The notes under the pieces are model-generated. The model searched no databases, was not told the DNA's origin, and worked only from the letters and a program-made list of their open reading frames with translations. Of a stretch of 64,000 nucleotides of DNA, positions 20,374 to 35,728 are shown one piece after another (within the stretch, counting starts at the first letter, position 1; every line of letters starts with the position of its first letter). The stretch is from an uncultured delta proteobacterium (GTDB lineage Bacteria > Myxococcota > UBA727 > VGSZ01), in contig CAVZJB010000002.1 of the NCBI GenBank assembly GCA_963775425.1, positions 1 to 64,000 of the forward strand, read 5' to 3'. The translations under genes and the position numbers were made by a program.

Positions 20374-20952
20374 ATGAAGACATCTCACGTGCTCACGACC
20401 ACAGGGCTGTTCGCGGCCCTCGCCGCGACGGCTGCCTTCGCCCAGGAGCAAACGCCGGCGGCACCGCCGGTGCCCACCCCCGCGCCGGCGCCGGCTGCCT
20501 CGAACCCCTGGCCTGCGACCGTCACCGTCTTGCAGGTCCACAAAGGCGAAGGCGTGGAGGACAAGGGCGTGGTGCGCCGCGGCGTGCTCGCGCAGGACCT
20601 CTCGATGGTGACGTGCATGCCGGCCTCGCGCCGCGCGTTGTTCCGTGGCCACACGGTGCTCTACGCCGCCGCGCTGCCGCCGCAGGCGAAGGTCACGGTG
20701 AACGTGGCGCCGACACGCTCCAACAAGCACCTCGCCGTGTTCGCGTACACCGTGGACGACAACCGCTTCGATCTGCCGTCGTCGCGAGCAACGCCGCGCT
20801 CGTGCTCGGTGGCCGCCTGGTCGCCCAACGGCCCCGCGCGGAGCCGGATCCAGCTCGAGACGGGGGCGCGCCCCGAGAACCTCGTCGTGGGCGTGAGCGG
20901 GCCCGGCAACATGCTCGACACCGACTACACCCTCACGATCGAGGTTCGCTGA
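20374..20952 (+). CDS. Secreted hypothetical protein
   Basis: Signal peptide ending AFA-Q, Pro-rich linker, beta-sandwich-like domain. Confidence 0.7.
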   Translation: MKTSHVLTTTGLFAALAATAAFAQEQTPAAPPVPTPAPAPAASNPWPATVTVLQVHKGEGVEDKGVVRRGVLAQDLSMVTCMPASRRALFRGHTVLYAAALPPQAKVTVNVAPTRSNKHLAVFAYTVDDNRFDLPSSRATPRSCSVAAWSPNGPARSRIQLETGARPENLVVGVSGPGNMLDTDYTLTIEVR

Positions 20953-20997
20953 GCGCGAGGGGGTCGCCGGCGGCGGCGGGAGCGATGTCGACGGGGC

Positions 20998-21867
20998 CTA
21001 CTTCGAGAGCCGCTTGCGGATCGCGGCCAGCTCCCGCTTGCGTGCTGCGCTCACCTTTGGGTAGCTCATCTTGAGAGCTTCGAGAGTATCGAGGACGACC
21101 TGGGAGACGATCAGTCGAGCGTTCTTCTTGTCGTCGGCGGGGACGACGTACCAGGGCGCGCGATCGGTGCTCGTTGCGCCGAGGCACGCGCCATACACGT
21201 CCATGTAGTGGCCCCAGAACTTGCGCTCCTCGATGTCGGCGGCGCTGAATTTCCAGTTCTTCTCCGGGTCATCGATCCGGGCCAGAAAGCGCCTGCGCTG
21301 TTCCTCGCTCGACAGGTGCAGGAAGAACTTGACGATATGCGTGCCGCTTTCGTGAAGGTGCCGCTCCAGATCCACGATGGAGCGATGCCGACGGTGCCAG
21401 ATCTCTTCGTCCTCGAGCTGCGCGTCCGGGAGCGCTTCGCTGCGCAACATCTCGGGATGCACACGAACGATGAGCACCTCTTCGTAGTAGGACCGGTTGA
21501 AGATGCCGATCCTCCCGCGCTCCGGCAGCGCGCGCGTGGTGCGCCAGAGAAAGTCGTGCTCCAGCTCTTCGGCGCTCGGATGCTTGAAGCTGAACACCTG
21601 GCATCCTTGCGGGTTGACGCCGGACATCACGTGCCGGATGGCACCGTCCTTCCCCGCGGCATCCATGGCTTGAAAGATCAGCAGGATTGCGTGGCGGTTG
21701 TCGGCATAGAGGAGCTGCTGCTGCTCGCTCAGCTTCTCGACATGTTCCTCGAGGAGCCTCTTGTAGTGGGGCTTCGACTTGTAGACGGCGTCTACCTCCG
21801 TCGGCCACCTCTTGAGATTGACCTCGGTGCCTTCTGCGACACGAAAGTCGTCCGTATGGATCTTCAT
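20998..21867 (-). CDS. ppk2: Polyphosphate kinase 2 family protein
   Basis: [23 protein letters not shown] and NWKFS motifs. Confidence 0.95.
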   Translation of the reverse strand: MKIHTDDFRVAEGTEVNLKRWPTEVDAVYKSKPHYKRLLEEHVEKLSEQQQLLYADNRHAILLIFQAMDAAGKDGAIRHVMSGVNPQGCQVFSFKHPSAEELEHDFLWRTTRALPERGRIGIFNRSYYEEVLIVRVHPEMLRSEALPDAQLEDEEIWHRRHRSIVDLERHLHESGTHIVKFFLHLSSEEQRRRFLARIDDPEKNWKFSAADIEERKFWGHYMDVYGACLGATSTDRAPWYVVPADDKKNARLIVSQVVLDTLEALKMSYPKVSAARKRELAAIRKRLSK

Positions 21868-22120
21868 CTTCGTCCTCTCGGTGGCGCCGCTGCACCGTTT
21901 GCTCGGCTCGCTTCCTCGTTCGACACGGTCCGAATCCCCGCAAGGGACGTGCCGCGCTTTCGGCGCGCACGAAGAGCAAAGCACGCCGGTGCCCGCGGAC
22001 CATAAAATGGTGACCGGCCGATGACACCGCCGCGTCGCAAGTCGCTAGGGTGCAGCCATCCGTTCACAAAGAGCGGGTCGCTTCCTGCGCCGTACTCCAT
22101 CGCCGCAGCTTCCCTCGGAG

Positions 22121-22892
22121 ATGGCCATGTACCTGGCAGCGTGCCTCCTCGTGTTTCTCGTCGGCTACCTCATCACCATCGTGACGACGAGCGTCGGCTA
22201 CCACCGCGGCCTCACCCACGGCGCGCTCACCCTGCATCCGCGGGCGCGCTCCCTCCTCATCGGCTCAGGCACGTGGCTCACGGGCATCGATCCCGCCGCG
22301 TGGGTGTGCATGCACAAGCTCCATCACCTGCACTCCGACACGCCGCAAGAATCCGCACTCCCCGGTGAACGTGGGGTTCCTCGGCATGTTCGGCGCGCAG
22401 TTGCGTGGCTACAACCGCGCGCTCGAGGGCTTGAGGAGCAACGCCGAGCCCTATGCGTCGTTGAGCTCCGGCCTCGGCCTCGCGTGGCCCAACCGGCGCG
22501 CCTTCTGGTACCTGCCGTACCTGCTCCACGTCGTCGTCGCGGTGGCGGTGGGCGCGGTGTGGGGGTGGCCCATGGGGGTCGCGCTGTTCGCGGGGCTCAT
22601 GAGCCACGTGGTGCAAGGCGGCGTCATCAACTCGCTCGGGCACGCGATCGGCAAGCGCAACTTCGAGCTCGCGGACAACTCGCGGAACAACACCTTCGCC
22701 GCCTGGGCGGTGCTCGGCGAGGGCTACCAGAACAACCACCACCGCTACCCGGCGTCGGCGCGCTTCTCGTATCGCTGGCCTGAGGTCGACCTCGGCTACG
22801 CGGTCTGCCGCGTGCTCGAGACCGTCGGCGTCGTGCGGATCGAGCGGAGCACATTGATGCCGAAGGCGGCGGCCTGCAGCCTCGACGCGTGA
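22121..22892 (+). pseudogene. Acyl-CoA/fatty acid desaturase interrupted by a +1 frameshift (or a sequencing error)
   Basis: His boxes GYHRGLTH, HKLHHLHSD and QNNHH are split across two frames. Removing one A at 22350-22351 restores SDTPQDPHSPVN. Confidence 0.85.
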
Positions 22893-23060
22893 TTCGGAAG
22901 GCCGGGCTCTCTCGTTCGCCCACATGTGACGGCGTGATCCTTGTCGGAGCGGGGCGAAACGCGCCGTACGGCGCCCGCACGACCAAGGTCCCGTGTTTTC
23001 CACTATCGTCGTCGATCGCCGACACGCTGCGGGGTCCTGCGTCGGCTCCGAGGCTCAATC

Positions 23061-25632
23061 TTGTCCCACCCACCCTTCCGCCTCGCCGCGCTTGCGATCT
23101 TCTGCGTCGTCGGCGCCGCGTGCACCTTCACGTTCCCACGGCTCGACGACGCCCCGCCCGGGAGCGTCACCGGCCGCACCGTCGACACGGACACGGTGGC
23201 GATCTCGTTTTCCCGCATCGGCCTCGACAGCACCCCGCGCATCGTGCGCGCCCTCGACGACGGCACCTTCCGTGTCCAGGGGCTCACGGCCGGCCCGTGG
23301 CTGTTTCGCATGGCCGCGGACAGGGACGGCGACGGCGTGGCCGAGCGCAGCGCCATCCGCGGCGTGCAGATCGCGACCGTGCAGGACCTCGACGGCAACA
23401 AGGTGCTGTCGGCGGTGCTCCTCGGCGACGTCACGCTCGACGGAACCGCGGTGCTCCTCGGCCGCGTCCTCGCGCCTGACGGCGTCACGCCTGCCCCCGG
23501 CGCCCGCGTCGTCGCCTTCCGGACCGGCGCCGACCTGGGCGACGACCAGGACGCGGGCGTGAGCGGCTTCGACGTGGACTTTGCCGCGGAGGACGAGACC
23601 GCCACCGACGCCAGCGGCGCCTTCCGCCTCGCCGGCATCACCAGCGGCACGGTGCGCGTGGCCGCCGTCGCCGACGACGGCGCGCTCGCCAGCGACGTCA
23701 CCGTGATCCACGTGACGGCGGGAGATCGAGATCGCCGTGAGCGACATCGTGCTCGCGCCGGGAGAGACGCGCCCCGGCCAGGTGGACGTGGCCGACCCAC
23801 CCGTCGACGGCAGCGTGGTCGTGGACGTCGTCAAGCACGGCGGCGATCGCGCGGTGGCCACCGATGTGCTGGTCCACCACGAGGTCGCCGTGGGCGCCGC
23901 CGGTGCGAGGAGCGTCGCGGGCTTCGAGGTCCCCACCACCGTGGTCGACCTCTACGTCTCCGACGTCGGCAGCGACGGCGCGCTGCGCCGGAGCGGCGCG
24001 ATGATCGGGCGGATGGTGCCGCGCGGCGCGGGGACCATCGTGTGGGGCGACGTCGAGCTCGTGGCCGGCGACCCCTGCGGCGCCCCCGCGGACCGCGACG
24101 GCGACGGCCTCGCCGCGCTCCCGGATCCTGCGAGCAGCGCCGCCGCGCGCGCGCAGTGGGAGCAGTGCGCAGGCGCGTGCGCAGGCGCCTTCGGCTTCGG
24201 CGGCGTGGAGCCCGCGTCGTGCAGCGTGGACGGCGCGAGCTTCGACTGCGACGACGACGACGACGGGCAGCCCGACGTCACAGAGCCCTTCGCCTGCGTC
24301 TCCCTCTGCAGCGGCACCGACCTCGACGGCGACGGCGTCTGCTCCGGCAGCAATCCCTTCCCCCAGTGCGCCGCCAACGACGCCGCCGCCGACGCGTGCA
24401 GCGCGGACGAGCACCCGTTCACGCCGCCGCCGTCGCTCTACGGCGCCGAAGGCGAAGGAGAAGGAGAAGGAGAAGGCGAAGGCGAAGGCGAAGGAGAAGG
24501 CGAAGGCGAGGGCGAAGGCGAAGGTGAAGGCGACGTCGGCTGGGCCGCGGGGCCCTCGCTCACCGACGCCCGCTTCGATCACAGCCTCACGATCTTCGAT
24601 CGGCCGGACCTCGGGCGGTTCGCGGTGGAGGCCGTCGGTGGCACCGGCGTCGACGTCGACGCGCAGGAGGTTCCGCTCGGCAGCATCGAGATCCTCGAGG
24701 TGCCGTCACCCACGGGCGGCGCGCCGTCGTGGGCGGCGGGGCCGTCGCTGCCGTCGGGCGACGAGCGCTCGCTTCACACGGCCACCGAAGAGATCATCGG
24801 CGGGCAGCGCGGGAGCAGCGTCCTCATCGCCGGCGGCCGGGGCCCGAGCGGCCAGGCGCTGGCGACGACGTTCACGCTCGCGGCGCTCGTGTCTACGCCG
24901 TTCCAATTCCAGCTCACCGCGGCGACGCCGTTGGCCCTCGCGCGTTTCGACCACGTCGCCGGGCTCGTCGACAGTGGCCAGAGCGTGCTGTTCGCGGGCG
25001 GCGAGAGCGGCGGCAGCCCGAGCAACAACGCCGAGATCATCGGCGGCTCCTTCACGTCCCCGGCGACGCTCCCGGGGTCGCGCACACAGCCGGCCGTCGT
25101 CGTCCTCGACGCCGCCAACGGCGTCCTCCTCGTCACCGGCGGCTTCGACGGCGGCGAGTCCGCGCCCGACGCCGTCCTCTACGACCGCGCGTCGGGCCAG
25201 TGGGTGCGCAAGTCGCCGATGGGCGTGGAACGCAACGCGCACACGGCCACCGTGCTCGCCGACGGCAGCGTCCTCGTCCTCGGTGGCCTGGACCTGTCGG
25301 GCGACGCGGTGGCTCCGGTGGAGCGCTACGACCCCGTCGGCGACGCGTGGACCACGCTCGCCGATCCGCTCACCACGCCGCGCGCCCACCACACGGCGAC
25401 CCCGTTGCCCGACGGGCGCGTCCTCGTCGTCGGTGGCGACGACGCCGGCGGCGCGCCCACCGACTCCGTGGAGATCTACGACGGCATCGCCGGCACCAGC
25501 GTCGCCGGGCCCACGCTGCCGGAGCCGCGCACGCGCCACCGAGCGCTCCTCCTGCCGGACAACACCGTGCTCGTGGTGGGCGGCACCGACGGCACCGCCC
25601 CCCTCGCGAGCACCCTCGTGTACACGCCCTGA
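23061..25632 (+). CDS. Large lipoprotein with beta-sandwich domains, Cys/Asp-rich repeats, (GE)n linker and Kelch propeller; frameshift near 23722
   Basis: Lipobox VGAAC. The first frame is sensible up to VIHVTAG and the second continues EIEIAVSDIV. DRDGDG-type motifs and Kelch repeats (HTATVLADGSVLVLGG, HTATPLPDGRVLVVGG). Confidence 0.75.
24445..24531 (+). repeat. GAAGGC/GAAGGA hexamer repeat encoding poly(Glu-Gly)
   Basis: About 14 hexamer units in frame. Confidence 0.9.
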
Positions 25633-25708
25633 TCCGCGCTCACCGCGGGAGGCGGTGCCGCGCGGCCGCCGCGGCGCGGGCGCCCCAGCGACGCGCTGGG
25701 CGCCCTCC

Positions 25709-26554
25709 CTACGAGGTCTTCTTCTTCGGGAGCCAGCCCGAAAAGCCGCGCTCGAGGACGCGGAGGCCGCGCTCGAGGATGCGCGGGCCGTGGCGGTCGA
25801 GGCTCTCGGTCATCTCGAATTGCACCCGAAGCACGGCGACGACGCCGGCGGCGAAGACGTGGGCCTCGACCCTGGCGCGGAGGTCGCCGGGCTTGACCTC
25901 CTCGAGGAGCACGTCGAGGAGCTTCTCTTCGTAGCGGGCGTACATCGCGCGCTGGTACGCGATGAGCGCGGGGCTCTCGCGCACGATCTTCTTGAAGCGC
26001 TCCATCTGCTCCTGCGTCGCCTGCTCGGCCGCGGGCACGTCGGGCTCCTCCGCGAGCAGCGCGCGGAGCTTCTCGGTGGCCGCCCCGGGCGCGCCGCGGA
26101 GCTCGAGCTGGGCGACCTTGTCGAGGATGGTCTCGCGAAGGCGGCGCTGTTGCTCGAGCCTCGCTTTGATGTGGCGGGCGCGGTGCTCGGCGCGGGCGTC
26201 CCAGGGCGGGTTCGGGTGCCCGTGGGCGCGCATGAAGCGCTCCCACTCCGCGCGGAGATCGGCGTTGCCGCCGCCGCGCAGCGCGTCGAGGACGGGGACG
26301 CCGGGCGCGCGGGTCCTCACGCGCGAGATGAGCTCGTCCTCCAAGGCGGGGTCGAGGTCGAAGAGCAGCTCCTCCTTGCAGGAGAAGTGGTTGAACACCG
26401 TCTTCTCCGAGACCTCGGCGGCCGCCGCGACCTCGGCGACGGTGACGTTGTCGAAGCCGCGCTCGGCGAAGAGCTCGAGCGCGGCGTCGGCGATGGCTTC
26501 TCGCGTGCGCAGCTTCTTGCGCTCGCGCAGCGAGTCCGGATCCAGCTTGCGCAT
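25709..26554 (-). CDS. TetR family transcriptional regulator
   Basis: LRERKKLRTREAIADAALELFAERGFDNVTVAEVAAAAEVSEKTVFNHFSCKEEL HTH. Confidence 0.93.
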   Translation of the reverse strand: MRKLDPDSLRERKKLRTREAIADAALELFAERGFDNVTVAEVAAAAEVSEKTVFNHFSCKEELLFDLDPALEDELISRVRTRAPGVPVLDALRGGGNADLRAEWERFMRAHGHPNPPWDARAEHRARHIKARLEQQRRLRETILDKVAQLELRGAPGAATEKLRALLAEEPDVPAAEQATQEQMERFKKIVRESPALIAYQRAMYARYEEKLLDVLLEEVKPGDLRARVEAHVFAAGVVAVLRVQFEMTESLDRHGPRILERGLRVLERGFSGWLPKKKTS

Positions 26555-26585
26555 TCGCTCTCCTTGACCTGCACCGACCATAAGA

Positions 26586-26599
26586 TTACAGTCGCTGAA

Positions 26600-26600
<1 letters not shown>
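26586..26600. promoter_or_regulatory. Probable TetR operator
   Basis: TTACAG-TCG-CTGAAA near-palindrome in the 45-bp divergent intergenic region. Confidence 0.5.
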
Positions 26601-30710
<4,110 letters not shown>

Positions 30711-30758
30711 GCCCGTCGCCTGCGCGCGCGACGTCGTCTCGACGGCGCGACGCCCGCC

Positions 30759-32417
30759 TCAGGGCGTCGCGCACACGTCGCTGAGCGGCGTGGCGAGCGC
30801 GGGGTTGCAGTCCCAACTGTCCGAGAACGTCGCGGCGTCAAACGACGGGTCGAGGCCCGCCCCGTCGCTCGGCACGGCGAGGTCGCTGCCGCCGATGGTG
30901 ACGCTGCCGGTGAGCTCGTTCTTCCCGGCGATGGTGGTGCCGTTGACCGCGGTCATGACCGCGCCGTCGACGGGGACGCGGAACGAGCCGAGCGACGTCG
31001 TCAGCAGCAGGTCGGCGCTCGTCCAGGTGACGTCGTTGAAGTCGGCGTTCGGCGAGGCCACAGAGCAGAAGCCGTGGGCCGCGTCAGCGAAGGTCTTCGG
31101 CGTGACGCTGCCGCTGAGCGTGCCGGCGTCGACGTGCAGCGCCTCGGGTCCGGAGGTCACGCCCACGCCGTAGCCGCCGGCGCCCGCGGGGGTCACCTCG
31201 AGGGAGATGGTCGCCGGCAGGTTGGTGACGGGCACGATGGGCGCCGTCGGGTCTCCGGTGACGATGCCGGCGATGGTCTTTTGCCCGGTGATCGTGAATG
31301 CGCCGTCGAGCACCGCCGAGTCGCCTTTGCAGTCCGCCGGCAGAGGCGTGGGTCCCGCGAACGCGAAGGCGCAGTCCGTCGCCCGGAGGGTCAGCGTGCC
31401 CGGACCGCCGGGCGCGCCGCTCACCACGGCGGCGGCGAGCACGGACGGTGACGACAGGCCGCAGCGCGTGTCCGCGTCGAGGAGGCCGGCGAGGGTGCCG
31501 AGCGTGCGCACCGTGAGGCGCGCGACGCCGTCGGCGAGCGCCGGAGTGAGGTCGACGCAGACGTAGCTCTCCGGGTCCTGCATCCCCGCGAGACAGGCGT
31601 TGCTCGCGACAAAGGAGCTCGCCGTGTACTCGGGGTCGAGCACGCCGTCGCCGGCGGCGTCGCGCGAGGCGTCGTAGACGTTGATGGTTCCCGAGATGGA
31701 GTTCTCTGCGTCGACGCTCTTGCCGTAGACCGCGTGGATGTCGCTCGTGGCGACGTCGGTCTCGAACCTGTTCGAGCCCGCGACGCGCACGTGCACCTTG
31801 TCGAGAACGACGTGGTCGAAGACGGTGTTGAGTGTCGGGACGGAGCACACCCCCGTGTCCGCCGCGCTCGCGAGGCGCGGCTTCACGACGGCGGAGACGG
31901 TGCCCGACATGAGCCCGAGCTTGTCCTTGCTGTTGGACTGCACCGCCGTGAAGCCGTTGACCCGCGCGGAGGTGATGTCGAAGGTGAGCGCGTCCGGGCT
32001 GTCGGGGATCACGGGGTTTCGTGGGTCGCCGGTGAGCGTGCCGGTGATGGTCTTGTCGGCGGTGATGGTGGCGTCGCCGAACGCCGTGGTGCTCACGCCG
32101 TTGCAGTCCGTGTAGACGACGGTGCCGGTCTCGGCCGCCCCGTGGAACCTGCAGCCCTCGACGTGCCAGGTCACGCTGCCGTGGGAGCCGACGTCGCCGT
32201 CGATGGTGGGGCTTTGGAGGACGTCGGGGCTCTCGAAGCCGCACGTCGCGTCCTGTCCGATGAAGAAGATCATCGCGCCGACGTCGCGCACGGCGAGGCG
32301 CGAGACGCCTTCGGCCACGGTGTCCGGAAACCAGCTCGGACACGCGGACAGCGCGACGAGCGAGCCGGAGAGCAGGGCGATCCGCTGGATGCGCGAGGGC
32401 TTGGTTGTGCGGGACAT
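30759..32417 (-). CDS. Lipoprotein made of two tandem ~260-aa Cys-containing beta-rich repeats
   Basis: Lipobox [14 protein letters not shown]...CGFESP matches [10 protein letters not shown]...CGLSSP; TGTLTGDP matches AGIVTGDP; DGVLDP matches GAGLDP. Confidence 0.75.
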   Translation of the reverse strand: MSRTTKPSRIQRIALLSGSLVALSACPSWFPDTVAEGVSRLAVRDVGAMIFFIGQDATCGFESPDVLQSPTIDGDVGSHGSVTWHVEGCRFHGAAETGTVVYTDCNGVSTTAFGDATITADKTITGTLTGDPRNPVIPDSPDALTFDITSARVNGFTAVQSNSKDKLGLMSGTVSAVVKPRLASAADTGVCSVPTLNTVFDHVVLDKVHVRVAGSNRFETDVATSDIHAVYGKSVDAENSISGTINVYDASRDAAGDGVLDPEYTASSFVASNACLAGMQDPESYVCVDLTPALADGVARLTVRTLGTLAGLLDADTRCGLSSPSVLAAAVVSGAPGGPGTLTLRATDCAFAFAGPTPLPADCKGDSAVLDGAFTITGQKTIAGIVTGDPTAPIVPVTNLPATISLEVTPAGAGGYGVGVTSGPEALHVDAGTLSGSVTPKTFADAAHGFCSVASPNADFNDVTWTSADLLLTTSLGSFRVPVDGAVMTAVNGTTIAGKNELTGSVTIGGSDLAVPSDGAGLDPSFDAATFSDSWDCNPALATPLSDVCATP

Positions 32418-32635
32418 GCGCGACCTCTCTTGCGCGGCGGCGATGCTGAGCGCCGCGCTCACCCGAGATCGATAACGACGACACGCGCGGCTCTGGACGC
32501 ACGCGCGCCCGATCCGCCCCGCAGCATGGCAGGCGGCTCGACCGTGCTTCCACGCGAAGCACGGACCCAAAGCGCGTATGCTCGTCCCCCGCGGATCCGC
32601 GCCTCGCGCGGGCGCGCGGACGCAAGACGGGAAGC

Positions 32636-33571
32636 ATGATGGAAGAGAAGGTCAGAGCCGTTCTGTCCGACCCGATGACCGGGAGGCTGGCGAGCGCGGC
32701 GCTCGCGCTGCTCATCGTATTCGTCGTCGCACGGCTGTTGCTTCGATCCGCCGAGCACTACGTGAAGGACAACGACGCTCGCTACCGCGCGCGAAAGGCC
32801 GTCTCGTTCTTTCGCTACGCGGCGTCCGGCGTCGCGCTCGCCCTCATCTTCACGGAGCGCTTGGCGGGGATCACGGTGGTGTTCGGCGTCGCCGGCGCCG
32901 GCGTCGCCTTTGCCCTTCAAGAGGTGATTGTCAGCATCGCCGGGTGGATGGCCATCTCGTCAGGCGGCTTCTACCAGACCGGTGATCGCGTGCAGGTCGG
33001 CGGCATCAAGGGTGACGTCATCGACATCGGCGTGTTGCGCACCACCATCATGGAGGTCGGCGAGTGGGTGAAGGCGGATCTCTACAACGGGCGCATCGTG
33101 AAGGTGGCCAACAGCTTCGTGTTCAAGGAGCCCGTGTTCAATTACTCCGCCGACTTTCCCTTCCTGTGGGATGAAATCACGGTGCCCATCCGGTACGGCT
33201 CCGACTGGAAGGCGGCGAAGGCGACGCTCGTCGGTGTCGGCGAGGAGATCTGCGGCGACTATGCGAAGCGCTCCAAGGATGCGTGGCGCGCGGCCGTCGT
33301 GAAGTATCGCCTCGAAGACGCGCCGGTGGAGCCGGAGGTCACGATGGTGGCGAACGACAACTGGCTCGAGCTCACGCTCAGGTACGTCGTCGACTACCGC
33401 AAGCGGCGCGCCGTCAAAGACCTGCTGTTCACGCGTGTCCTCGAGGAAGTCGACAGCTCGGAAGGTCGAATCCGCCTCGCGTCAACGACGTTCGAGCTCG
33501 TCAACCTCCCGCGCCTGGAGGTCGACAAGTCCGAGAGCCGGATCGCCGTGGTGCCCAGATACGTGCCGTGA
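32636..33571 (+). CDS. mscS: Small-conductance mechanosensitive channel (MscS family)
   Basis: GVAFALQE, GDRVQVGGIKGDVIDIG and FNYSADFPFLWDEI motifs. Confidence 0.92.
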   Translation: MMEEKVRAVLSDPMTGRLASAALALLIVFVVARLLLRSAEHYVKDNDARYRARKAVSFFRYAASGVALALIFTERLAGITVVFGVAGAGVAFALQEVIVSIAGWMAISSGGFYQTGDRVQVGGIKGDVIDIGVLRTTIMEVGEWVKADLYNGRIVKVANSFVFKEPVFNYSADFPFLWDEITVPIRYGSDWKAAKATLVGVGEEICGDYAKRSKDAWRAAVVKYRLEDAPVEPEVTMVANDNWLELTLRYVVDYRKRRAVKDLLFTRVLEEVDSSEGRIRLASTTFELVNLPRLEVDKSESRIAVVPRYVP

Positions 33572-33698
33572 GACGGAGCGGGGCACGGCGCGGGCCGTGA
33601 ACCCTCCCGACGCCGTCGACGAAACCGCCCCGGCACCCAAGGGCCGTGCCCCTGCGTGCTCCGAAGCGGTTTGTCGACGAGACGTCCTCGAGGAGGAC

Positions 33699-33788
33699 TG
33701 GCGGACAGCGAGGGATTCGAACCCCCGATACCCTTGCGGGTACTCCTGATTTCGAGTCAGGTGCCTTCAGCCACTCGGCCAGCTGTCC
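33699..33788 (-). tRNA. tRNA-Ser(CGA)
   Basis: 90-nt cloverleaf GGACAGC...CCTGA-CTCGAAA-TCAGG, long variable arm, GGTTCGAATCC, 3' GCCA. Confidence 0.97.
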
Positions 33789-33890
33789 ACGCCGACGTCA
33801 CCGTAACGAGGGGCGAAAACGGCGTCAACGAGGCTGTGTGGGGGCCGATCCTCGAGATCCGGGCGTCGCGACGCGTGCGGGCCGAGCGGA

Positions 33891-35261
33891 TCAGAAGCGG
33901 ACGCGCAAGCCGACCCCGACGGCGGTGGTGCCGGCGTTGTCGTGCATCCCCTGGAGGTAGAGGTCGACGTCCTTCGAGGGCCTGTAGCCGACCCCGAGCG
34001 ACGCCGCGAAGCGCCCGTCCTGCGGCCAGGAGGTGAGCCCAGCCGAGCCGCTCCACGGGCCGTTGGTCGCCGAGAGGTCGACCGTCGCCTTGTCGAGCGT
34101 GGCGCCCGCGTCGAACGTGAGCGTGGTCGCGCCCGACACCCGGGTGCCGTCGTCGAGCACGCCGCCGAGCGAGCCCGAGAGGGCGAAGCCCGACACCTGA
34201 AGGTCCGACAACGTCGGCCCCTTCCCGTCGACCTGCGCGCCCACCTCGCCGGTGAGCCCGCCGAGCTGCACCGGCGTGGTCAGGCCGACGTGCACGAGGG
34301 GGTTCGTGAAGCGCTTGTCCCAGTCGGCGCCGATCTTGGCCGTCAGCTTCCCGTCGAGGAGCTTCAGCTTCACTTCGGGCTTCACCCCGATCGCCCGCAA
34401 CACATGCGAGCCCTCGAGGTATGCGCCCGCGCCGACGCCGACGACGACGGCGCCCGCGGTCCCCCAGAACACCGCGGGCTTTTCGTGGCGAAGCTCGTCG
34501 ATGAAGCGCTTGGCGACGTCGCCGGCGATGGGGCCGAGGTCCTTCACCCGCGCCGTGGCCGGGTTCACGACGACGCCGCGGTCGGCGGCGAGCTGCGTGA
34601 CGTCGGCCGCGAGCTCCGGCCACAGCGACGCGATGGGCAGCTCCCGCACCAGGTCCCTGAGCGCGTGCTCGAGCTGCTTCTGCTCGTCCGCGCTCAGCGG
34701 TGAATTGACGTCGAGCGGGCCCTGGAGAGAGGCGAGCCCCTGCGCGTCGCGGCGCAGGACGTGGTCGACGGCGGCGTTGAAGCGGTCGAAGGCGGCGCGC
34801 GCGGCGGCGTCGGTGGCGGGGTTCGTCTTCGCCGAGATCTGCGTCATCAAGACGCTGCGGGGCGGCCCCGTGCCGTCGGGGAGCTGATCGATGACCGCGC
34901 TGTGCGGCGTGAGGTCGAGGGGCGTCCCGGCGAACGCGAGCTGGGGCGTGCTCGTGAACAGCGTGAGCGCCAGGAACGCCGTCGCCGCGCCCGTCTTCCA
35001 GCTCCGCTTGGGCTTCTGCGTCGCAGCGAGGCCCGCCAGCGCCGCGCGCGCGCCCGCCTTCCTGCCCGACAGCGCCGGTGCGACGTCGCCGACGACCTTC
35101 TTCACCGCGCGGGTGGCGCCGTCGCCGGCGACCGCCTCGCCGCTGCCCTCGTCGCTGCCCTTGTTGCCGACGACCCCGGAGCCGTCGCCGACCTTCGCGG
35201 GAGCGTCGCCGCCCCCCGAGATGCGCGCGCGCGAGCCCTTGGGAATGGAGAAGTCAGCCAC
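33891..35261 (-). CDS. Hypothetical protein with disordered N-terminus and C-terminal outer-membrane beta-strand domain
   Basis: Alternating beta-strand pattern ending VGVGLRVRF (terminal Phe); internal hydrophobic segment. Confidence 0.7.
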   Translation of the reverse strand: MADFSIPKGSRARISGGGDAPAKVGDGSGVVGNKGSDEGSGEAVAGDGATRAVKKVVGDVAPALSGRKAGARAALAGLAATQKPKRSWKTGAATAFLALTLFTSTPQLAFAGTPLDLTPHSAVIDQLPDGTGPPRSVLMTQISAKTNPATDAAARAAFDRFNAAVDHVLRRDAQGLASLQGPLDVNSPLSADEQKQLEHALRDLVRELPIASLWPELAADVTQLAADRGVVVNPATARVKDLGPIAGDVAKRFIDELRHEKPAVFWGTAGAVVVGVGAGAYLEGSHVLRAIGVKPEVKLKLLDGKLTAKIGADWDKRFTNPLVHVGLTTPVQLGGLTGEVGAQVDGKGPTLSDLQVSGFALSGSLGGVLDDGTRVSGATTLTFDAGATLDKATVDLSATNGPWSGSAGLTSWPQDGRFAASLGVGYRPSKDVDLYLQGMHDNAGTTAVGVGLRVRF

Positions 35262-35341
35262 GGAACACCTCGCGCGCGGGTTCGACGCCGCTGCCGTCCG
35301 AACGATAGCCTGCGAATCGCCGCGCAGCGAGGTGGAAGGTC

Positions 35342-35707
35342 ATGGCAGCGAAAGGCGGACAACCGGCGGGCGTGCTCGTCGTCGACGTGCGTACGCTCCT
35401 CGACGAGAGCGCCGAGGGCAAGCGCGCGGCCGCGGCGCTCGAGGCATCGTTCCACGAGCACAAGCACAAGCGCGACGCCCTCGACGAAGGCGAGGACGTC
35501 CGGCGCTTCGAGGCCGAAGCCGTCGCTACGCTCGAAGGCGAGCGCGCGCGCCTGCGCGAAGCGTTGCTCGCGCGCGCACGCGCCGTGATCGAGGAGGTGC
35601 GCCGGGAGCGAGACGCCGCCGTCGTCGTCGACCGCGCGCTCACGCTCGCAGCCGCCGACGCCGTCGACGTCACCGCCGAGGTCCTCGCTCGCCTCGACGC
35701 CGCCTGA
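35342..35707 (+). CDS. OmpH/Skp-like protein (short, no signal peptide)
   Basis: VVDVRTLLDESAEGKRA N-motif, coiled coil and DVTAEVLARLD C-motif. Confidence 0.7.
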   Translation: MAAKGGQPAGVLVVDVRTLLDESAEGKRAAAALEASFHEHKHKRDALDEGEDVRRFEAEAVATLEGERARLREALLARARAVIEEVRRERDAAVVVDRALTLAAADAVDVTAEVLARLDAA

Positions 35708-35728
35708 CCGACAAGCCGCCGGGCCGCG

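Noticed and set aside
22340-22370. Programmed ribosomal frameshift in the desaturase
   Set aside because: No slippery heptamer or evident stimulatory structure; a single extra A explains the break.
33570-33700. Prophage/ICE attachment site at tRNA-Ser(CGA)
   Set aside because: No duplicate of the tRNA 3' end and no integrase or phage genes were found; only GC hairpins (GGGGCACGGC/GCCGTGCCCC) are present.
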